A DNA stretch of 58,952 bases, counting the filler, from Sphacelaria rigidula (Eukaryota), in NCBI GenBank assembly GCA_964200075.2. It is 8 parts of 8 records of this genome, joined end to end, with 100 filler letters (N's around TTAATTAATTAA, not from the genome) between each part and the next. Parts side by side here need not be neighbours in the genome. Positions count along the whole stretch, not along the records: positions 51,673 to 58,952 come from CAXNAA020015646.1; 7 more parts are not named here. The stretch is one strand, 5' to 3'. The notes beneath the pieces were generated by a model. That model saw nothing but the letters and a program-made list of their open reading frames with translations, had not been told where the DNA came from and ran no database searches. Position numbers and translations under genes: made by a program. This document shows positions 51,735-58,952 of this stretch, one piece after another (the stretch's first letter is position 1; the number at the start of each line of letters is the position of its first letter).

Positions 51735-53990
51735 TTCCACACGCTTGGACTCTGGCGAAGTCCATAAAGGGCTCTCTTGAGCTTCATCACATGCGGTTTT
51801 CCTGTTGTGGGGTCAAGAGTTTCGAAGCCGGGCGCTTGTTTGCAAAACATCGTTTCTTGAAGCTTCCCGTTGAGAAATACTGTTTGGACGTCCAGGGCTA
51901 AAATTGGCCAACTTTTTGCAGTGGCAATTGCCAGTAGCAATCGCTGGCTTTCTAGCCGGCAAGCAGGGGCGAAGGTACTTCCGCAGTCTAGCCCATGCCT
52001 CTGAGCCCACTCTTGGACCACAGTCGACCTTTAAAACGTCCGTCAGCTTTGACCTTGAACACCCATCTCGTGCCGATGATGTTAGGAGGTACGGATCCAG
52101 CAGGGATGATGTCGGCCACCTGATGATCTTTGATGCTGTGTAGTTCGTCCAGCATCGCTGCCCTCCACTTTTTTGCATGAGGCGAACAAGATGCTTGGCG
52201 ATAATTAACAGGAATCAAAATGAACGCGGGTGGCACGACTTGTTCGATGCCAACAGTTCCGATATACTGGCATACTGTTTCGAGTGTCATAGTGGTATGC
52301 AAGAGCTCTGTGGATGTAAGAGCTAGTCGCCGCAGTTGTCTGACTTGGCGTTGAATAGTTGGTGCAGATGTGGAGTGTTCAACATCGCCAGACGAGCGTA
52401 AATTCATTGGAGTGGTTAGCTGACATTTGATTGGTGAAGTGTTGATGATGATGTTATCTTCGAGCTGGGCGATTCCATCGTAAATGTTGAGGTTGAAGTT
52501 GTTGGTCTCGTCGTGTTGTTGACGATCATCTTCGAAATCGTCGATCCCGAGGATGTCCGGTGCAGAAACATATTTTTCACTGTGAGGAGTTCCGACTACT
52601 TGCTCAATAAAGTTGACATTACGGGAGCTCGATATCCTCCCGGAGTGGCGGTTGTAGACACGGTGAGATGGACTATCAGAATCATATCCTATTAATACTC
52701 CTTCCCAAGCTTTTTCCTCTAATTTACTCTGATGGCGTTCCTTGTGCACGAACGCTCTTGAGCCGATGGTTCTCAAAAACGACAGTTTCGGTTGTTCGTG
52801 AAAAATCCGATAGTATGGGATGTCTCCTCCGATGCTACTGTGCGGCAAGCGGTTGATCAAGAAGACCGGAATGCCCACAATCTCTCCCCAGAGAATCTTC
52901 GGTAAATCTGCTTCATTCAGGAGGCAGCGCGTAATATTCTGGATAGTTCTTCCATCTCGCTCGGAAACGCCATTTTGCTGAGGGGTGTAAGGGGCAGTGA
53001 ATTCTTGAAGAATACCGGTTGTTTTGCAGTATCTTCCAAAGTAGTCTGCAATGTATTTAACCCCGCGGTCAGACCGTAGGCGGTGTACGCGGAGCCCTAG
53101 AGGAATAGCCAGATCTTGGATGAACCGGCAGAGCGTAGTGAGAGTTTCGTCCTTTGTCTTAATAAAGTACACCACCTTGAACCGGATGTGAGAATCCGTA
53201 AATTGCCATGTACCTATAGCCTCCCATTGCAGTGGGTGTAATGGATCCTGACAGGTCGGTGCTGACCGATTGTAACCACTCCGAAACATTGGTGGGATCT
53301 ACGGTTTTGGGATGATCATTCACTACGCTCGTATTTAATTTGCAGGTTTCACAAGGCGATAGTGACCCTTCAAACCTCACACCTGTTTGGGGGATATTCT
53401 GAAGACGTCGCATGGCCTGTTCCGTAGGATGTCCGAGTCGCTTGTGTCATACGTCTGCTCCCACCGTGGTAGATAGGGCTGTTGACTCGTCGGCCATGTC
53501 TTGAACTGTTTCTGCTACATGAACAGTGCCGATGCCCATAAGTTTCCCTGACATGGTTGCGGCCGTCAGTGCTGAGCTGTAGTTGTTGATCCCTGGTTTC
53601 TGAGAAATCTTCAAGTGGATGTACAGAAGTGTTCCGCTCAGGTCACTGTTGATAAGCACTTTGAAGGTTCCAAGGTCTACATGAGAATTCCTGGAAAATA
53701 TTGTCAATATGCCTTTCGTTTGAACTTCAATAGGCGAGAACAAACGTTTCCCGAGACCTGGAACAATTACTGCAGGGAGTCGAACAGTACGCTCGATCCC
53801 CTGGGGATCAGTAACGATGGTGGTCAGAACGCCTCTTCCCGTACCATAAGGTAGATCACATCCAGCGGTAAGGATACTCATGGGTGGATCGATCTTCACG
53901 TAGTTAACCATTGCACTTTCGATATTCGGTCATAGCTGATTATCCAAAAAGTGTTCGCCTAGAGCCACTGTCAACTGCCATCTTGAAAGA
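51735..53990 (-). pseudogene. pol: copia pol 5' part: protease, integrase, RT N-terminal half
   Basis: VDSGS; HKRLGH...CETC; LRSDRG and YTPQQNGVSER; RWVFKVK and LKRALYGLRQSP; several frameshifts. Confidence 0.93.
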
Positions 53991-54192
53991 AATTTGACTT
54001 TCTGTACAGTGTTTGTCATTGACATGAGAACCTGAGAGGAAGGAAAATCCCACGCCGTTTGGTGGTTGACATGAGTGAAGCACAGTTTCGGCCGAAGGTG
54101 TCGAAATATGTTGGCCTTGGTCATTCGATGGTACTGTCGCGGAAGCTGGATCGGCGATGGCAGTGTTGGCTTGGCGTTGATGACCATTGAAG

Positions 54193-54267
<75 letters not shown>

Positions 54268-54280
54268 TTGTTGTTGTTGT

Positions 54281-54330
<50 letters not shown>

Positions 54331-54346
54331 TTGTTGTTGTTGTTGC

Positions 54347-54419
<73 letters not shown>

Positions 54420-55620
54420 ATTTCGACGACGGGGATTACTACGACGGTGCTGATTGCTGTTGTTGCTGGTGTTGGTGTTCGCGTTCCTGTTATTCAGTTG
54501 GTTTCTACACTCAGAGTCGTCGTGTTTGTCCGTATGGTGAAAACTGCACCATTTTACAGACCTGTTCTGGTGGTTTGGCTGTCCACTCGAACGGCAGTCA
54601 CGGACGTGGTGACCTCTTCTTCCGCACGAGAAGCATTTTCCGCGAAATTTCGCGGCTTGATTCGAGGAGTTCGACATTGCTGCCGCCAGCATTGAAGAAT
54701 CACGGCCATGTGATCTGCTCACGGTTACTTTCCTCGCCAATCTATTGGCATACATGTTACGTAAGGTAGTTTCAATATCCCCGATGCTCAACTCTGGGTC
54801 TCGTTCTGCGTTATGTTTTACTTGGTCATACTCGCTGGTTAGACCCTCGACTATGATATAAGTAAGTCGTTCGTCGGAGATGGACTCGCCAATGTGCACG
54901 AGCTCGCCTCGGAGCTGGAATAGTTTTGCTAAAAAACCGTCCGGGTCTGTCTTGTCCCGGTGACATGGTTATGGTGTTCAGCTGTCGCATCAGTAAATGG
55001 CGTCTTTGCTTATGTGAATTCTGGTACTTGGCGACTAAACTTTCCCACGCACTTTTGCCATTTGGTTTCTCTGAACCCTTCGGCCGAAAACGTAGGAGGT
55101 AACTTGCCGCTGAACCAGTTGTCGATAAGTACAACACGTTGAACGACTGTTCGTTATAGCGATCCCAGTTTTGTATGTCACGCATGTTTAGAATCTGCCT
55201 CACATTTAAGTTCACGCTGGGATGATCAGACACTTCTTGAACAGGAAGTTGGGCTTGACCACCAGCAGTTTCAGTGTCACCCGCCGCTGCTGTCGTCTCG
55301 CTCCCCGCGGTTGCCTCCACCGATGGTAACGGCGAACGAGCGGGCGGCTGGTGGTGGCTTCTGGAACGAGTCGCAATGGGGCTTGTTCTTGATGTCGATC
55401 TGGCAGCTAATTGTGGGTGATCTACCTCAGAAAAATCTTCATCATAAATTTCCGGGGGGCGTTCAACCCCGTTGAGGATATCAGATATCCCCGGATGAAT
55501 GAAGGAAATTATCGCGCGCGTAGAGCGCGTCCACTCGACGAATATCGTACAGTCGAACGTGTTGATACTTCTGATGAGCTGAGTTACGGATGGCTCTCCC
55601 CATGTATTCATCTGCGTCAA
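53991..55620 (-). pseudogene. gag: copia gag, frameshifted, with poly-Asn tract
   Basis: IVEGLTSEY motif, CFSCGRRGHHVRDC zinc knuckle, WCSFHHTDKHDDSEC second Cys/His motif. Confidence 0.9.
54192..54419. repeat. (GTT/GCT)n trinucleotide microsatellite
   Basis: About 76 triplets; encodes poly-Asn/Ser on the minus strand in the gag frame. Confidence 0.97.
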
Positions 55621-55802
55621 GTTTTACTTGAAAAAACAACTTTGTATTCACACCTGCAGATCCGCATAAAGGATCCGTTTTCTTGGTCTTCTGGTTGATG
55701 CTCCTGAGACGACCTTGAAGTGACGTCCACTCGCTCGTGCTGACCGTTGCAATCTCGAATCGAAGGCCAATGACCTGAAGGACTACGTGGTCGCGAATCG
55801 AA

Positions 55803-55813
55803 GGCTCAAAACC
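55803..55813 (-). promoter_or_regulatory. Primer-binding site (half-tRNAiMet type)
   Basis: Minus strand CCAACC|GGTTTTGAGCC resembles the copia PBS GGTTATGGGCCC; lies about 180 bp upstream of gag. Confidence 0.65.
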
Positions 55814-56472
55814 GGTTGGAAATATGTGTGGCTCGTGGCTTGTTGGTACTGTTCTCGAAACAGACCGGCTACTGTCCCGAAGACAGTAGTTTAGCAGAAA
55901 GTGCACAGTGGTTGTCAGACCACTTGCTTCTGCAGAAGAATGAAATCAGAGAGTCAAAGTGGTTGATGGGCTCTTCATCTGGCTAAGAAAAACAGAACAC
56001 ACAGCCTCATCTTAAAGCAGAGAGCTGGAGGTAGCGAAGGAGAGTGATCGCAAGGGCGATGAGAAATACCAATTACAAGCATGCTCAATCCTGGAAGGAT
56101 CATCGAAACGCTCTACACGTACGTAGGTTCCAACCGCATCACTCAATTCAACCTCTCTATTACTGACGCGGTAGCCTCGTCAGCTTAGATCAACTGCAAC
56201 ATTCCACACAAGATGTCCTACAACTTACGTGGTCTAGATACTCGCTAGAGTATCGACAAATTATGGCAATACGCCTGCTCTTAGAAGTATCTTACTTGAC
56301 GTCCCATCCACACAAAAGAGGTACTTATCTTTATAAAGATACAATGTAACTGTACTGTACTGTTCGAAGTTTCATTGAACCACAACAGGTTGTGCCGCTA
56401 TTTTCTGAAGTTGCAACGATTCAATTCAAGACACAATGCATGTAGACTGTTCCGTCTAGATTATTTGTAACA
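55814..56472 (-). repeat. copia LTR (659 bp)
   Basis: Begins TGTTAC directly after PPT TGGGGAGG (56473-56480) and ends CCAACC directly before the PBS. Confidence 0.7.
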
Positions 56473-57072
56473 CCTCCCCATGAATAAGATATGTTGATGC
56501 CAAAGAAAGCCGTGTACTCGACACACTACGTATACTAGCAAGCAATACAGTCAGACTAAAATTATTCATCTACCGTACCTTGTATATACTGTACTGTCAA
56601 CTCGACAAACATGATCGAGTCTAGACTGACCCAAAACAAATGTTGACCCGCATGCGCACGTATGTGCGGATACTAGTTGCATAGGCATCAGATTTCGTAG
56701 CCCTGTAGAACCAAATTCCTTCAGCAATAAAAGTATGCAATCCAATGTTTCCGAAGGGATCTGTGAGACTCTACGACAACAAGTGGCATCAGATACCACA
56801 TACATGTATAAGACCTGTATATCAATCGACCAGGACATAGTTCACCCTGATCAAAACATTGACCCGCAAGTTACTTGTTGACACAGAGTAAAAAATACAG
56901 GGACCATTACATGTCTCCTGTCACTCGTGTGTTACGCCGTGCTCTCAAAAGTCAAATAAAAAAGAAGAGTCATGTATGCTTGACTCGACACAGATGATCT
57001 ATTGTCACAGTATGATACTCTTTGCCCGCCAACCACACTCACAGTAAAAGTGAGTCAAACCATAGAAAACTT

Positions 57073-57672
57073 TCAGACTCCCGTGATCACATCGGGGTCC
57101 GTGTAATATATTGTAGGCCTGTGTGGCGGTGACACACATCTAATGGTTTGTAATCTCATGACGAGAGAATCGTGGATACGACTTAGCAAAGAAAAGTCGT
57201 ACTCGTTACGCCTCTCTCGACTCCAAGCCTTTGTGAGAAAATTGAAAATCCTATAATCTAAAAAGAAGAGAATGTTCTTCTTTATATATAACTTGGGCAA
57301 GCTCCTCATGAAATCCAGGATAGTAGGGTACGCTCTGAAATCCATAAAGCCATACGTACGCAAATATTTCGCAATTCTTGCGCGCTGTCCCATGGACTGT
57401 CCAGGCACCGTGATGCCTAGTACCACATATACTCGAAACCCCCAGTCGATGTAAACGCTTGCGACGCCCTGAATGATCCGGCGTGGCTGCGGGGGCAGGT
57501 GTCCGAGGCGAGCTCGAGCATTTCTGGTGATGGCCTGCCTTCTTCGAAGGCTGGGTTGTCCGCCATGCATGACGCCGGTGTGAGGAAGGTGTCTGTGGCC
57601 GAGAGAGTCCCCGTTCGATGGTCCTCTTCCGGCCGAGTTGGAGTGGCGAGGGTTGAAGACGCGTCCACTCAT
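57073..57672 (-). CDS. Unknown 199-aa ORF in the copia 3' region
   Basis: Uninterrupted ATG-to-stop ORF with AATCAACAATG start context, same sense as pol, between RNase H and PPT. Confidence 0.55.
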   Translation of the reverse strand: MSGRVFNPRHSNSAGRGPSNGDSLGHRHLPHTGVMHGGQPSLRRRQAITRNARARLGHLPPQPRRIIQGVASVYIDWGFRVYVVLGITVPGQSMGQRARIAKYLRTYGFMDFRAYPTILDFMRSLPKLYIKKNILFFLDYRIFNFLTKAWSRERRNEYDFSLLSRIHDSLVMRLQTIRCVSPPHRPTIYYTDPDVITGV

Positions 57673-57860
57673 TGTTGATTAGGAAGCAGTGGATGACGGT
57701 GTTGGAATGGTTGTGTAGTGGTTGGAAACAATTGTGGGGCGATGTGGTTGAGCTCTCATGAAAAACAAATCACCTTGATCGAGACGTACGTACTGTTGAG
57801 GGTTGAAGATATCTGCTCAATAGGTATTCATCCGTGATACCTGTCATTTCCCAAATTCAC

Positions 57861-58893
57861 TTACTTCTTTGAGTAGACGTTGATGTACGATCTTGTTACT
57901 AAATTGGTCAGGATATCTGCGAACTGGTGTTCGGGGCGTACGTGGTTGATCTTCAGTCGTTCCGTCCTGATCATGTATTTTAAATTGTAGAACCTAATCG
58001 CCACGTGTTTGGAGCTTGAACTGTAGTTTGCGATTGACGAAAGGTGTAATTCTCCTTGAGAATCCGAGTATATGGTGGCAGGCTGCATGGATGACCACCC
58101 AAGCTCTCGCAGGAGATTGAAGAGATACGTCCCGGATTTTCTGTCGTTGAAGTAGCCGTAATTCGTTGTAGACTTGAGGAGAAATGAACAGGTCCTCCCG
58201 CCAGGAAGAACGTTGTGCCTGTGGTTGATCTCAGTCTGCCCTGCATGCCACAGTTTCCGTACGATGCATCGCAATACCCTATTAAATTCAAGTTCTTGTC
58301 GGAGGTTGAGTAAGTAGGAGGAAGGTCAGGGTTTCCTTTCAAGTAGCGAAACGCACGCTTAACAGCAGCCAAGTGGTGAATAATTGGCTTACCCATATAA
58401 CGTGCTACTTGAGAAACACTAAATGCAATGTCGAATCTTGTGCTCTGTGCCAAGAAGATGAGGCTCTCGACCATGGCTTGGTACCTCGTTTTCTCTGACT
58501 GCTCCAGCAGGTTGTCTTCGGGTGTGCCTTCAACCAGTTAATCTGGGGTCCCGGGTGTGTGAACCGGGTTAGATAACTCCATCCCAAATTTTAGAGGTAG
58601 GGATTTTACGTAGTTGTGCTGCGATAGCTCTAGAGTCCCTCGTGCTTCATCTCTGATTACCTCCATTCCAAGAATAAGGGATACAGGTCCTAGCTCCGAG
58701 ATTGAAAACTTTGTCTTCAACAAATCTTGGACTTGGTGTAGAAGGTTGATCGATGGGCTTGCCAATAATATGTCATCTACAAACAGTGTCAGCATGATGT
58801 AACTACCATGGGTACCTTTTGTGTAGACACAGGGGTCACTTGCAGTGGCGGAAAAGCCTGGTGTTTTTAACTCGGTGTCGATCGTAGAGTTCC
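57861..58893 (-). pseudogene. pol: copia pol 3' part: RT C-terminal half and RNase H
   Basis: SDPCVY, LFVDDILL, STRFDIAFSV, GYCDASY, IYSDSQ, SKHVAIRF, QFADILT; frameshifted. Confidence 0.93.
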
Positions 58894-58918
58894 AGTCATC
58901 CTACGATAGGGGGGGGGG
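58894..58918. mobile_element. Left TIR of the Sola-like MITE (terminal G missing)
   Basis: TTCC|AGTCATCCTACGATAGGGGGGGGGG. Confidence 0.8.
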
Positions 58919-58952
58919 TGTACTCATGATCATGCTTGCCATAGTCATAAGA
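58909..58952 (-). mobile_element. LINE 3' end fused at the G-run
   Basis: Reverse complement GACTATGGCAAGCATGATCATGAGTACA-C-run resembles the other LINE 3' ends. Confidence 0.55.

Larger units (their letters stand above)
51735..58893 (-). mobile_element. Ty1/copia retrotransposon, circularly permuted single-LTR unit
   Basis: Minus-strand order: RT 3' half, RNase H, extra ORF, PPT, LTR, PBS, gag, PR, IN, RT 5' half. Confidence 0.9.

Noticed and set aside
54075-54695. Poly-Val and poly-Leu plus-strand ORFs
   Set aside because: Antisense readings of the gag AAC microsatellite

Overview
This window is not one locus. It is eight unrelated contigs of about 7.28 kb each (1-7283, 7384-14665, 14766-22047, 22148-29429, 29530-36811, 36912-44192, 44293-51572, 51673-58952), joined by artificial 100-bp N44-TTAATTAATTAA-N44 linkers. 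The DNA is eukaryotic and repeat-rich; SINE, LINE and LTR signatures suggest a brown alga (inference). It holds Ty3/gypsy remnants, a Ty1/copia element, LINE 3' ends, a tRNA-derived SINE and many MITE families (piggyBac-, Harbinger-, mariner-, Ginger- and Sola-like, plus foldbacks). Host exons include a secreted DOMON-domain protein and two unknown genes. The last contig is the most striking. It is a complete but circularly permuted single-LTR copia unit, split inside RT at one TTCC site, with ends of the same GAG-terminal MITE family on both sides. It also carries an intact unknown 199-aa ORF between pol and the PPT. Two further patterns stand out: this MITE uses TTCCAC at both visible insertion sites, and a LINE family ends in poly(C) rather than poly(A).
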